A model generated the notes under the pieces. It ran no database searches, was not told the origin of the DNA, and saw only the letters and a list, made by a program, of their open reading frames with translations. This document shows, piece after piece, positions 40,782-53,245 of a DNA stretch of 64,000 nucleotides (its first letter is position 1; every line of letters starts with the position of its first letter). The translations under genes were made by a program, and so were the position numbers. Source of the stretch: Podospora anserina (taxonomy: Eukaryota); NCBI GenBank assembly GCA_017654855.1, contig CM030333.1, positions 62,001-126,000 of the forward strand. Direction: 5' to 3'.

Positions 40782-42656
40782 GTGGCGACAGTTGCCGTCG
40801 AATGTTCTCGCCCAGCTCCTCACCGTTAGACGTAGTGGTTAAGATGGTGGAGTTTGATGGATGCCATAGTCTCTCTCTCCGCCTCTATCTCTCTATCTTT
40901 TTTGTTTCTGTTCAATGCGTGCGATGTCGGCTCCCGCAGCGTGCGGTGCAGCCGTGGGTTTCCACCTTCCTTGTTGCTCTTGTCTGGTTCCGATGCCTTG
41001 GTCAATATTGCAACCACGTAATCGCAGGGCCCGAGAATTGCACTCTGCTGGTGGCATAATGCGATTGTGCGGCGCTCGCCAATCGCCAATCTTTATCACC
41101 GTTCCTGCAAGCATGCGAAAACTCTGTTGCCCTGTGAAACACGGCCAGCGCGCCGCCGTGTCTCCCTGGCGATAATCTCGTGTCCGGACGAGCCATTCTC
41201 AGCTCTTTCGCACCACGTCTGTGCCCAGGTCAGCCTCAACACACCATCACCAAAAACGTTCTACGCTCGGGCATGGCTTCCAGAAGCATTCTTTCTCCCT
41301 TGGTCCGCCGGCCTGCCTCACGCGGTCGTCCGACCTTTGTGGCAGACTAGTGATACGGATGCTGGACAAGCAACAACTTGGCAGGCCGGCGGGTGGCTTG
41401 CGATCTGGCAGTTATCGCACGTGTCGAGACGGCGCTCAGACGATTCAACCTGCACCAGACAGAACACCACCTTGCTCTCTCGAGTGCCGGAGCGCAGTGA
41501 GCGCCAACCCGCCAATGGCAGCCATCCAGCTCGCCTGGGCTCCAAGGAATTTATCCATCTGCCCGAAGGCTTCATCCGGCGCGCCGTTGGTGGCAGCCAC
41601 GTGCGGGGATGAGATTTGAACGCTTGGCTTCCCTGCTGACGACGGGGGGGATGGTGAGCTGCCCAATGGCGGGGCATCACCACGGCCAAGCCGGACATGT
41701 TGTACAGATCCGGGCTGCTGGTGGCGCTGAGCAGCGATGCTGACTGGTGAACCACACAAGTCCCCGCGTCCCAATCTCGCCAGACGGCCGTCGACAACTC
41801 TGAAGAGACTCAAGAGGCGGCGTTGCAGCCAAGGCCGCTTGGCCAAAGCCGGTGGGTTGGCGTACCATTCCTATCTGCACCGGAGGGGGATCCCCTGCCA
41901 ACCCCAAAAACGCTTCCTTCAACCTCCTCGCACATCAGGCCGTCCTCGAGATGACAGATTATTGCTGTCCATGTACACTAGCTACCGTGTATGTACGGAT
42001 GGTATCTGCCAGTGCCGCCAATCGACGGCTGACTGGCGCAACCGGGCTGGCACTTGTGGATGAGTGAGACCCCTTTTTTTTTTCCACAGCTCTCGGAACC
42101 ATCCAATGCGCTTGTTCGGGGAACGGGCGATACGACGATCCTTCCCCATTCCGAATAACCTGAAGCCTGCCTCTCTGCCTCTGGCTATGGGAAGCTGACT
42201 CTCTTGTGCACCCAGACGAAAAAGGGCTGAAACCACCAGCAGACGCCCATCAGCTCATCCTCATCTCATCTCTCCCGGACGCAGGAGGTACATGCAGCGT
42301 GCTAAGGCAGTCTAGTGGACGCAGTAGTAGTGTATGTATCCTGACAAAAACATTGGGGGTTGGCGTCTCCAGTTTCCGCCCGGCCGTTGAAGGCCAAGGT
42401 GTCATCGTGTGCCGTATGCTTTCCAGGATGTGGAATTGGGGAACGGGGTGAGGGAGAGAGTTGAGGTTGACGTGAACGGGCGGGCGGGCCATGATGGTGG
42501 GAAGTGGGAGGTGGGAGGATGTGGACCCGCGTCACCCCTTCCCTGCTGACGAGCCCAGGATCGGCATGGGAATTTCCAAAAGATGCGACGTGGGTGTTGC
42601 ATTCGACTGCATTGCGACCAAATCTGCCTGTCTCGGGGACCTTTGAGTGCGGACAG

Positions 42657-42688
42657 CTCGTCCCCTCGTCCCCTCGTCCCCTCGTCCC
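42657..42688. repeat. (CTCGTCCC)x4 tandem repeat just upstream of a TATATAA box
   Basis: Read directly; TATATAAAG at ~42698, about 285 bp before the MFS ATG. Confidence 0.8.
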
Positions 42689-42983
42689 TGGCTGGAGTAT
42701 ATAAAGATGTCGAGGTGATCGCTGCCTCGTCTTGCGAATGTCTCTGCCTCTGCCATCCCGCTAGCTCCTTCCCTGTCGGCCCAGTTAGTCGTCTGAAGTT
42801 CCCGATTAGCTTCGTGAACTGCCACCTGCCTGCACTTTGCACCGCAGCAGCATCTGCAAGTCCCCGACCTCCACTGTCCTGTCTGAGCACAGCAGTGTCT
42901 TGAAGTTGACTTGATCCCCCTTCCGCCCCCTTCCCCCCACACTCCCCACACCACCAGCGACCCGCCTGGGTTCGTCCCATATC

Positions 42984-44638
42984 ATGGGTGCCGCCGCAGA
43001 GGTCTCCGGCGCCGACCGGGATGTTCCCACCACCGAGTCCGACAGCGTCACCAACGAGAAGGCCGTCTTCAAGAACACCGACAGCGATGCCGTCGAGAGC
43101 GCCGGCTGGGACGAGACGGCCACCAAGAAGCTCATCCGCAAGATCGACGTCACGCTGATCCCCTTCCTGGCTCTCCTCTATCTGCTCTCCTTCCTGGACC
43201 GTACCAACATCGGCAATGCCCGTCTCGACACCCTCGAGAAGGATCTCAAGCTCGACTCAGCCCGCCTCCAGTACAACGATGCCCTCGCCATCTTCTTCCC
43301 CTTCTACGTGGCCGCCGAGGTCCCCTCCAACATGGCCATGAAGCGTTTCCGCCCCTCCATCTGGATTCCCAGCATCATGGTCGCCTGGGGTATCTGCACG
43401 ACGCTTATGGGTATTGTGCACAACTATGCCGGCCTCATGGCCGTCCGTGCCGTCTTGGGTATCGCCGAGGGTGGTTTGTTCCCCGGTATCACCTACTAGT
43501 GAGTAGCTTCTCCCATATCTCGCCGCGCTGTGGTGTTGTACTGACAGGGCGCCCACCAGCATCACCATGTGGTATCGTCGCCACGAGTGCGGTCTCCGCA
43601 TGGCCATTTTCTTCTCGGCTGCCACCGCTGCCGGTGCGTTCGGCGGTCTCTTGGCTCGCGGTATCGTTGAGATGAGAGGCGTCGGTGGTCTCTCTGGCTG
43701 GCAGTGGATCTTCATCCTCGAGGGTATCCTCACCGTCATCATCGCCATTGCTGCCTACTTCGTCATGCAGGACTACCCCTCCACAGCCAAGTTCCTCACC
43801 GAGGAGGAGCGTGCCGAAGTCAGCGCCCGTCTCAAGCGCGATCGGTCCTCGCTGGCCGACGAGTTCGACATGAAGTACTTCTGGGCCGCCCTCAAGGACT
43901 GGAAGATCTGGGTGCACATGTTCATCACCATTGGTGTCTACACTGGTCTCTACTCGTACTCGCTCTTCCTCCCCACCATCATCAACGATCTCGGCACCGC
44001 CACCTCCCCCGAGATGGCCCAGCTCATGACTGTTCCTCCCTACATTGTAGCCTGCTTGTTCTGCATCGGTGCCGGCTGGCACGCTGACAGGCGTGGTGAG
44101 CGCGGCATCTACATGATTGGATTCATGATCATGGCGTAAGTCCTTGTTCTCGTTCCTGTCCCGACATTCAATAGTGAGAGAATGGCTCTAACATGGTGAT
44201 TCTTGCAGCATCGTTGGACTGATTTGCTTGATTGCGACGCCGAATGCCGGTGTCCGCTACCTTGGCTGCTTCCTCCTCGCCTCGGGTATCTACCCCAACG
44301 TCCCCCAGGGTGTCGCGTGGAACGGCAACAACATTGGCGGTTCCCTCAAGCGCGGTGTCGGCATTGCCATGCACGTCGGCTTCGGCAACTTGGGCGGTAC
44401 CATTTCTGCCTACCTCTTCTTGACCAAGGACCGCCCCCGCTACTACCCCGGCTTCGGCACTCTTCTCGCCTGCCAGGTCATGGCTGCCATTCTGTCCATC
44501 TTCATGACCATCTACTTGCGTCGGGAGAACGCCCGCCGTGACCGCGAATACAAGCCTCCAAGCGAGTACACCGAGGAGGAAAGGGTTGCCGAGAGGGAGA
44601 AGGGCGACAACGCTAGCTTTTTCCGCTACACCATTTAA
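42984..44638 (+). CDS. MFS transporter, anion:cation symporter (Dal5/Tna1-like) family
   Basis: KLIRKID...FLDRTNIGNA, EVPSN, AEGGLFPG, WYRRHE, GWQWIFILEG, NNIGGSLKR; introns 43499-43559 and 44136-44208; strong codon bias. Confidence 0.95.
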
Positions 44639-45099
44639 GCAGTCGAGAATATCTCCTTTTCTGTCTTGTCTTGGGTCAGGTTTTCCCGCAGCGATATCTG
44701 GGTCGGGGTGTTGGGTTGGGCTATCAGAGAGAGGAGGCATGTACACAGTTTTGGGTCTTGATCATGAATTTCAACAGTACGGAATTCATACTGGTCAATT
44801 AACCCTCTGCATCGCCTAGTGATGCATATTGAATGATAGACTATTTATTGCCGGTTGCGGCAAAGACACCCACACCATGTTCTTCTGCCTTTTCACCAGC
44901 CCCTGCAAAGTGATGTTTTTGGATTCCGTCGTGGATGTCTCTCGGGGCACTCTGAACAGTGTAGGTCCACTAACTTTTGTTTTAGAGACTGTCAGACAAA
45001 AAGTATCTTGTATCACTATTTTGCTTCAAAGTCTCGTCGAAGCTTGGTTGAGACTACAACTGTGGAAAATGAGAATAAAAATAAATTACAAAAATTGGA

Positions 45100-45212
45100 T
45101 GATGAGAGTGGGATTCGAACCCACGCCCTTTCGGACCACGGAATCCTGGGTTAGGGGATATTGATTAAGGAAGACCTTAACGTGGCGCCTTGGACCGCTC
45201 GGCCATCTCACC
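45100..45212 (-). tRNA. tRNA-Leu(AAG) with 33-nt intron (45174-45142)
   Basis: GGTGAGA/TCTCATC acceptor stem, A-box TGGCCGAGCGG, anticodon stem CCACG/CGTGG, long variable arm, GGTTCGAATCC. Confidence 0.95.
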
Positions 45213-45619
45213 TTCTGATTGGTTGGTATTCCGACCGGTTTAACCCCCTATGTTTGCATACATTCTGCGTCCTCGTATCTCGTGGCGTTCATCAAATCGA
45301 ACCCTTTTGAGGTGAGATGGGAACCTCGCCAACAATTTTAGTTAAAGATATACGAATGTTACTCAATCTGCGATTGGGAACACTGAGTCATGGCTTTGAC
45401 TCAGGATAACCTCGCTTACACTTCTATCCAATAAGATATTGTCCGGCCCAATAAACATGTTCCTGGATGCACGATGCTGCAAGCCAGCGTCGAATATCGA
45501 CATGACAAAACGCCTCATTCTTGGGGCTTCTACATAAGCGCAATGAAGTTCCTCCTGGGGGGCGAGAGCATTTTCTGAGAACCCAAGCCTCAGCAGAAAC
45601 CCACCCGGCAACTGTCAAT

Positions 45620-46694
45620 ATGAGATCCCACTGGGTCCTTCCCCTCTGCTTTACCGCTCTCGCGGCCAGTACCCCGAAGCCCGACCACAAGCCCGAATCG
45701 ATCAGCTATATCACACTCGAGGAGCATTGGGCCTCTCCCGCTCTCTACTCCTACTTCCCTACCGTCCTCTCGCCGCTGCCCCCGCCTATTCTCAGTGCAA
45801 CCCTGGTCAGTCTCCAAGAAGTCGGTCCAGTTCGTCTCGCATCCATGAAGAACAACTCCATCTCTCTGCAAGTTGTGTCTCACGTTGCCTCGGGCCCGGA
45901 ACCGATGCACAATCCCAACCTCAACAGCTTTGGCAAACAGCCAGCTATTCTCCCGCATCAAGCCCTACCCTGCCAACTTCAGGGGCTTCTGCGTGCTCCC
46001 CATGGCCCTTCCTGCTGAAGCGGCCAGCCAGCTGAGGACATGTGTTCAGGAGTATGGCTTTGTTGGCGCCTTGATTGACGCATATGTTGTTCAGCCTTCC
46101 GGCGACAAGTATCAGTTTTATGAAGGAAGGGAATATGATGAGTTCTGGCGGACCGTTCAGGAGCTGGACGTTCCGGTATATCTGCATCCGTCCTTCCCGT
46201 CGTTAGATGAGGTGTTTACTCCTGGGGAACTGTACTACCAAGAGGATTCGGTGGCGGCCTCGGCGGGATTGGCTACGGCAAGCTGGGACTGGCACTCGAG
46301 AACGGGACTTTCGTTTCTGAGACTTTATACTGGGGGCGTCTTTGAGAGATTTCCAAAACTGAAGATTGTGCTCGGTCACATGGGAGAAATGGTGCCATTC
46401 TATCTGTGGAGGTCAAACGCGGTGTTGAGCAGAGGCAGGCCGACGTCCTTGAGAGATGTATGGAGAAACAATATATGGGTGGCGATCAGTGCCGTGTGGG
46501 ATTTGGACGCTATGAGGATGGTGCTTGCTGTGACGGATGTGAGGAGGGTCATGTATGCCGTTGACTACCCGTTTGGCAGCAACGCTGCGGGCAAGGCCTT
46601 TATGGAAGAGCTGCGCAAGAGCAAACTGGTGAGCGAGAAGGAATTCAAGGGCATTGCGAATGGAAATGCCAAGGCGTTGTTGCGCTTGAAGTGA
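45620..46694 (+). pseudogene. Amidohydrolase-2 family (aromatic acid decarboxylase-like) with signal peptide, interrupted by a +1 frameshift near 45923
   Basis: ITLEEHW...QVVSH in frame 1; [37 protein letters not shown] in frame 2; no phase-compatible intron found. Confidence 0.7.
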
Positions 46695-46726
46695 GGCGAG
46701 AACAACCACCGCAGCGGCCATGCTAC

Positions 46727-47788
46727 CTAGGGAACATGGTTCAGCAGGCTGGACTTGAGCAAATGGTTGCTTTCCTGCATCAGCAGAGTTCGAAGGACAG
46801 GCATGCACACTGCGACAATGGTGATGGCCCCTTCTGCTGTGCCTAGTGTCATCAGTACCACCACATGTTCTACAGAAGCTCTAGTTAGGTCGTTGTTCTC
46901 AGCTGGGGACCAGGGTTTGCTTTTACCTGGTCCTGCACGGGGATGGTTCACGTTGTGAATGGCGAAGATCTTCATAAACGACGCAATTCCGGCACTTTTA
47001 GCAAGTCAGTCACCTGGAATAGAAAAGGAAAATGCCCAGGCACTCACAAAACCCCCATTCCCATCGCGATAGTGATCCCGATCTTCTCCTTCCTCCTCAT
47101 CATCAAGGGCCAAAAGATTTTGCATGGCAATAAGGCGAGCATGATATCGACTGCACCGGAGTAGGCTGGCAATCTTTCGTAAATATCAAGACCTAGACAG
47201 ATCTTATCGAATTGCAAAATGCAAGAGCTTACCGGCAACAAACATATTATAACCATTCATAAGGCCCAGTGGCAGGCATTTCCCCCCTGACACCTCCTGT
47301 CTCCAGATCCGATCCAGAGGCCAACAGTGTGCCCACTGTATGATACAGCTCCCGGCTATAAAAATGTTTGTTGTCCATATCGCAAACCACACCAGCCTCT
47401 TGAGAAATCCGTCTGTTCTCGTTAATCTGACCAAAGTGAGCCCAAAGGACGTCTTGGACCACGCTGCGGCCAGAATGAGGAAGAATCCAGCTATCGTAGC
47501 CAAGAGCCTGCTGTTCTCAATGTTCTCAAGGGGAATGGCATGCTGAGATCGACCAAACCCCAATGTGGTGTCGACGGTCTGGAAAATGCAGCCTAGGATG
47601 AGAGCGAGCCAGGATGAAATGAGCAGATAGTCGTCCCACCAGAGACGTCGGCCACGATAGTACTTCCCCCAGAGACGGAGGAAGATGAAAATTGTAGCGT
47701 AGCCTGCGAGTACCCATATCACAAAATTGAGGACTTGGCTGTAGTCTTCATATGGCTGTGGAGTTGATCGTTTTGTTGGAAGACCCAT
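46727..47788 (-). CDS. PTH11-like (rhodopsin-domain) integral membrane protein without CFEM
   Basis: LRLWGK...LWWDDYLL, GFGR, WSKTSF, CWPLDRIW, YSGAVDIMLALLP, EKIGITIAMGMGVFAG, AEGAITIVAVCMPVLR; introns 47232-47166, 47047-~46995 and a probable third in-frame one. Confidence 0.85.
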
Positions 47789-48495
47789 GTCTGTCTGGAC
47801 GTGAGGAGCTGTGTGGATGTTGAATGACCAAGAAAGCGTAGAATTATTGCAAGCCTTTTGAGTAATAGAAATGATCTGAACAACTGAAGCAGGTTGGATG
47901 CTTGTGATGGGAGCCCAATTGTGATCAGTTCGGAAGTAGTGTCGATCATACAATGTGTCGCTGCTAAGGTGCACCGTGCAGTCGCTTGGGGAATTGGAGT
48001 GTGTGCCGCTTTGGGAACGACATGCATGAGAACAGATATGCCCGGAAGGCTTATAATAATGGCGAAGCAATTCGTGTTTCAGTATTGGGGGGACACACCG
48101 GCGGCACACATCCGGTGCTGGCTGATGAAAACTCGGGCGATGGCAATGTATCTACCTAAACTCGAAAAGGCCTTGTTGGGACATTACATCTTCTCGGGGG
48201 TCTCTTTATGTCGATTGGCAGAAGTTGCACGGGTGACGCTTTCAGGGGTAAAAGGGGCTAATTGTTTTGGAAAGGAGTCTGTGCTCTCGCGAACAAGATA
48301 TCAACCATTCCGGGTTGAGTGTCATATTCCCTTGAATGCATACTCGTACACTGTAGATTGAATAGGTACTTATATGGCTTGCAATTTCTAGGTACCTTAG
48401 CTATCAATCAAGTGCAAGTCTCAAAAGGTGGTTTCCACTCAATAGCACTTGAATCCTGAGTCTCTGCTGTTTGCGCAGCTATGCCGTTATCCACG

Positions 48496-49856
48496 CTAGC
48501 CTTTGCTTTCATGGCCCACATGGCTGTCAACAAAATCGAGTACGGGTTGAACGTACGTTTCCCAGCCGTTGATGCTGCGATTCTGCCATAATGACGTTAA
48601 TATTGTTTCCATGGACGACGGCGCGACACATGCAGGACGGAATACCCACAATATACTTGAGATCATAGACATGTGGCTCCCCTTCTTCGTAACACTCCAG
48701 CACAGGAACCCCTCTGCTCTTCAACAGCTCTGCCATCCGGTAACTCTGATCAATGTGCACGGCCTCATCCCCGCTCCCATGCATAAACGCTGTCGGCGGG
48801 TATGTTCGTTTCTGATCCTTCATCAACACCCTGTACGGAGACATGTCTTCCAGAAATGCGACAAAGTCCTCTTGAGTTTTGAACTTCTCTCGATGCATCA
48901 CTCCCTTTCTCAGTCCCTCCATGTCAGAGTTCAATGATCTTCTCATGTGCAGCTCGGCCTGCAGTCTGATGCGTCTGTTGTACTTGAAATCAGTAGCCCA
49001 GTACTGTTGTATTTGTTGTTCCGTGAGAACCTCTTGCTCGTTCCAGGCTAGTGCATCTGTCAACAGATTCTCTGGGTTTCTATCCTCGAGGAAAGCGTCG
49101 AGCTCGGCGTCAGTGAACTCTCCTTTCCATGGTGCGGGGTTGTCAGGCTTCCACGGTTCGAATTGAACGCTGTCACAAAAATGCGGGATGGACAGAAAGT
49201 CCACCAAGCCATAGACGTCAACCACTGCTTTAGGAGGAGGAGATAGATGGGCGGCCATCAGCGTGACCAGGTGGCCGCCGGCAGATTCACCGACAAGAAC
49301 GTATCGGTCCACATCGACTTTGTCCTCGCCGAGAAGAGAAGGAAGATTTGACCGAAGCCAAGAAACAGACTCCAGGCAGTCGGACAACTGGTCATCGATT
49401 CTGACTTGCGGGGCTAATCGGTAGTTGTGGGAGACCAAGTGGTAACCTCTGGCTCGAAATCCAGGACTGAGCCAGGGCAGAGGGGCGAAGTCTTGCTTTC
49501 CATGTCAGAACATCAAGAACCAAGATGGAAACGTCGGAGTTGACGGGATTGAAGGGATATGTAGGAAGGTAGACACAAATCACATACGAGCACCGCCCAA
49601 CCAACCGCCTCCGTGAGTCCTGACCGAAAGACAATGTTAGCAAGACCATCTACATCTCTTCTCAAATGCAAAGATTGACCTATTACCATATTACAAACGG
49701 AGCAGGCTCCTCAACAGGTGGATATGCTGGCCATACCCTTACAGACAACTTGACACCATTCTTAGACACGAATGTGTGATCAGTGAAGCCAGGAGGCGCG
49801 CCAGGAGGTGCGCCAGGGGGCAGGTTGAGATCAACAGGGGTGGCAGTCGACGCCAT
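48496..49856 (-). CDS. Alpha/beta hydrolase (HSL-like esterase)
   Basis: Exons 49856-49687, 49619-49588, 49491-48650, 48582-48496; WTHGGGW, NYRLAP, GESAGG, HGSGDEAV, EPHVYD. Confidence 0.9.
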
Positions 49857-51093
49857 TTTCACCAGAGCTACGCGTAAGTATGGTGTGCAAGGTGCAAGTC
49901 GGCGGCAGCTGGGGCGTTGAACGTGACGGGCAACAAGATGAAAACCGAAATGAGGGGTTAGATGGCTCGAGTGAGGGGCGACGGTGACATTAATGGGCTC
50001 ATACCCGAGAATGGCCACAGTGACCCACTTGCCGTCCTGCCGCTGTCATAGGGTACCTAGATAGGTAGATACCTCATTTTATTCAAAGGAGGGTTTCCTG
50101 TGTAACATATTAAAATCACTCTCTGGCTGGTGTTGTATCTCGATGGGCGTTCTCTCTCATCCGTCGACTTCTGGTCTTGACCTGACGTGGTGTTTTCATT
50201 CCACCGAACACTGCCCTTTGAAAGATCAGGCACAGACCGGTCCTTCCCATGCAATGTAGGTACCCAGCCCTTGAGCGGTACGTTATACTCCGAGGGCCAT
50301 AGCTTCTGGACTTCTTCTTAGACTCTTCCAACCAAGCCTCCAAGAGCCGTAGTACTACGCACTCCACGCGTTCTATATGCATACACAGATTCACCCATCG
50401 AAAACACGTGGACAGGCAACGATCTTGCCCTCGCAGTGAAGAATTTTCCACCTGTCAACGCCGTGGACCGAAATGGGCAAGAATTCGGAGGCTTTCCGGA
50501 CCTGGAACAGGAAGTCCAGCGAGCCTTGGCAAGCCCTCGATGTGACAGTTCGGGTTGCAAAAAGGACCCGGTAGTTGGATTCCGGCTAAATACCCATGTG
50601 GCTCGGGCGCTAAAGATACTACGAGACTGGCCTTTGCACTGGCATGTTGCTGGAGACCCATCGCCTGATGTAGTCTTTCCTTATCCGGAACGAACAACGA
50701 CAGAACCAAGCCCCATCGTCCTCAGAGCCTTGACTGAAGTCGCGAGCAAGAGAGTCTACAGAGATGTCACGGCGTAGGTCGAGATCCCCGAGATGAAGGA
50801 CAGAGCCAGTGATAGTCGGAACCTGGAGATATCAAAATCTGAAAAGATCTAACAGGCTTGACGCCATCTGCATATCAACACCAACCGCTTACCAGGTTTG
50901 CCCTCATTAAAAGACAATCAACAAAGATTGCACAAGTCTTTATCGATCACAGTTTCCTGGGATTATGACGATTGACGGCACGTGTAACTCAGCCATAGTC
51001 CATGGTGGCTCTTGGCCTGGCTACCAGGGAACACTACCCCATGGGGGAGTCCATTTCAAGTAAGCTGGACCCCATTCCAACCGGCCTGATTCA

Positions 51094-51355
51094 GGCTAAT
51101 AGTCTAAAAGGAACATTCCATGAGGCTTACCGTCCATATGCCTTTCTAAATGCAACCGCCTTGGCGTGCTAACGGGCTCGCAAGCATGGCGACTAGCCTC
51201 ACGAACGCCACCAAGAGTGTGCTCGATGGATGGGTACGGGGTGTTCTCCGCCGAGAACCAAACTTATGTCTGGAGACATGGGGAAGCATGTGACTTGGCA
51301 ACGAGGTTCGAGCTGCCAATCCTTGGTTCCTGACATCAAGTAACAAGAATATAAA
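51094..51355 (+). promoter_or_regulatory. Putative XlnR-type GGCTAA site and TATA box upstream of the glucuronoyl esterase
   Basis: GGCTAA at 51094; TATAAA at 51350, ~100 bp before the ATG. Short motifs that could occur by chance. Confidence 0.35.
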
Positions 51356-51453
51356 GAGGCAATGACCTGCGTTCAACTCATGCTACCCGGTTGTTGACAG
51401 CGGACAAGGAGAAGGGAAAATCGATCACTCTTTCCGAACTTTTGTCTTTCACC

Positions 51454-52899
51454 ATGGTCTCGCAGACAGTTGTTTCCTCCCTCCTGGTCGTCCTCGGCGC
51501 CGCCGGCGTCAGGGCCCAGCAACGCCAGAGTCTCTGGGGACAGTGCGGTGGTTCCGGCTGGAGCGGCCCTACACTCTGTGTTGACGGCGCGTGGTGCAAC
51601 CCCCAAAACCAATGGTATCACCAATGCATTCCAGGCAGCGGTCCTACCACGGCCCAGCCTCAGGTGCCTACCACCACTGCCAGACCAACAACAACACTCG
51701 TCACATCTGTTGTTTCCTCCACCACCTCCCCGTCGGGTCCCGTGGTGACAAATCCTCCCGTGAACCCCGGTACTTGCCCAAACACACCGTCGGGCCTAGG
51801 AACGCCAGTGGCCAACCAGCTCAACGACCCCTTCACCTTCCACAACGGAAACAAGGTCACCAGCAAGGCGGACTGGGCCTGCCGGCAGAGGGAAATCTCT
51901 GAGCTTCTCCAGCGCTATGAGCTCGGAACTCTCCCCCCCAAGCCCAGCAGCGTGACGGCCTCCTTTTCAGGAAGCACGCTTTCCATCTCGGTCTCTGAGG
52001 GCGGCAAGTCCATTTCCTTCACCGTCTCCATCAACAACCGTCCTTCCGGGGCGGGTCCGCACCCGGCCATTATCAACTTTGGCACCTTTGGCGCGTCCCT
52101 CCCTGTCCCTGCTGGCGTGGCCACCATCAACTTCAATAACGACGACATTGCCCAGCAGCAGGGCGGCTCTTCCCGCGGCCGTGGCAAGTTCTACGACCTG
52201 TACGGGTCCAGCCACTCGGCCGGTGCGCTCACCGCATGGGCCTGGGGTGTCTCCCGCATTGTCGACGCGCTCGAGCTCACCCAGGCTCAGACTGGCATTG
52301 ACCCTACCCGACTCGGTGTCACCGGCTGCTCGCGCAACGGAAAGGGTGCTATCGTGGCCGGTGCCCTCGAGCCCAGAATCGCCCTCACCTTGCCCCAGGA
52401 ATCAGGCGCTGGCGGCTCGGGCTGCTGGAGAATTGCCACATGGCAGAAGAACAACGGGCAGAATGTCCAGGATTCCACCCAGATCGTCCAGGAGAACGTC
52501 TGGTTCTCGCCCAACTTCAACAGCTACGTCAACAACGTTAACCAACTTCCTTTTGATCACCACTTGCTCGCTGGTCTGATTGCCCCCCGCGCCCTCTACG
52601 TCATGGAGAACGTGGATATGGAATGGCTTGGTAAGATCTCGACCTACGGCTGCATGGGAATTGCCCGGAAGCAGTGGGAGGCTCTCGGTGCGCTGGACAA
52701 CTTTGGCTACTCTCAGGTCGGCGGCAACAGCCACTGCAGCTTCCCGTCCAGTCAGCAAGGCAGCGAGCTCAATGCCTTCATTGAAAAGTTCTTACTCAAG
52801 AGGAGCGGAGGCAACACCAACATCTTCAGAAGCACTCAGACTCACTCGAGCTTCAATCTCAACAACTGGAGCCCGTGGGCTGTTCCCTCTTTGAACTAG
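51454..52899 (+). CDS. cip2: Glucuronoyl esterase (CE15) with N-terminal CBM1
   Basis: Signal peptide; CBM1 [15 protein letters not shown]...NQWYHQC; Thr/Pro linker; catalytic GCSRNGK, QESGAGG, LPFDHH, HC; no introns. Confidence 0.97.
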   Translation: MVSQTVVSSLLVVLGAAGVRAQQRQSLWGQCGGSGWSGPTLCVDGAWCNPQNQWYHQCIPGSGPTTAQPQVPTTTARPTTTLVTSVVSSTTSPSGPVVTNPPVNPGTCPNTPSGLGTPVANQLNDPFTFHNGNKVTSKADWACRQREISELLQRYELGTLPPKPSSVTASFSGSTLSISVSEGGKSISFTVSINNRPSGAGPHPAIINFGTFGASLPVPAGVATINFNNDDIAQQQGGSSRGRGKFYDLYGSSHSAGALTAWAWGVSRIVDALELTQAQTGIDPTRLGVTGCSRNGKGAIVAGALEPRIALTLPQESGAGGSGCWRIATWQKNNGQNVQDSTQIVQENVWFSPNFNSYVNNVNQLPFDHHLLAGLIAPRALYVMENVDMEWLGKISTYGCMGIARKQWEALGALDNFGYSQVGGNSHCSFPSSQQGSELNAFIEKFLLKRSGGNTNIFRSTQTHSSFNLNNWSPWAVPSLN

Positions 52900-53245
52900 A
52901 TGTGAAAGGGTGGAAGACAGGGCAAGAAAGACATGTGAAAGAGTAGTTCTTGTATATAGTTAGTTACCCAGTCTCGACAAAATGTCTGATAATGAACATA
53001 CCTCACGATTGTGTCTCATGATGACCATGCTGTGTTTTTCTCGAGTGGTGGATGACAGAATGCCGCACGTGATGGCTGCCCCGCTCTCGGAAGGCTGACG
53101 GGCGCATGGCAGTTGCCGCCGGCAACTTCCGCCAAGCAAAACAATCACGAGATCGGCGACTGCGACTTCATCCAAACATGCTTTCCTCTGGACTTGCTCG
53201 GTGCCTGAACGCACACAAAACCTGGTATCAAGAAAAGCCTTGACA

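Noticed and set aside
39654-42980. Many overlapping 100-300 aa ORFs on both strands
   Set aside because: Low-complexity Arg/Pro/Gly translations with no domain motifs or codon bias; expected in GC-rich non-coding DNA.
45280-45320. AGGTGAGATGG inverted copy of the tRNA-Leu 5' end plus a TCGAACCC box-B-like word
   Set aside because: Only 11 bp and the pieces do not form a cloverleaf; probably chance.
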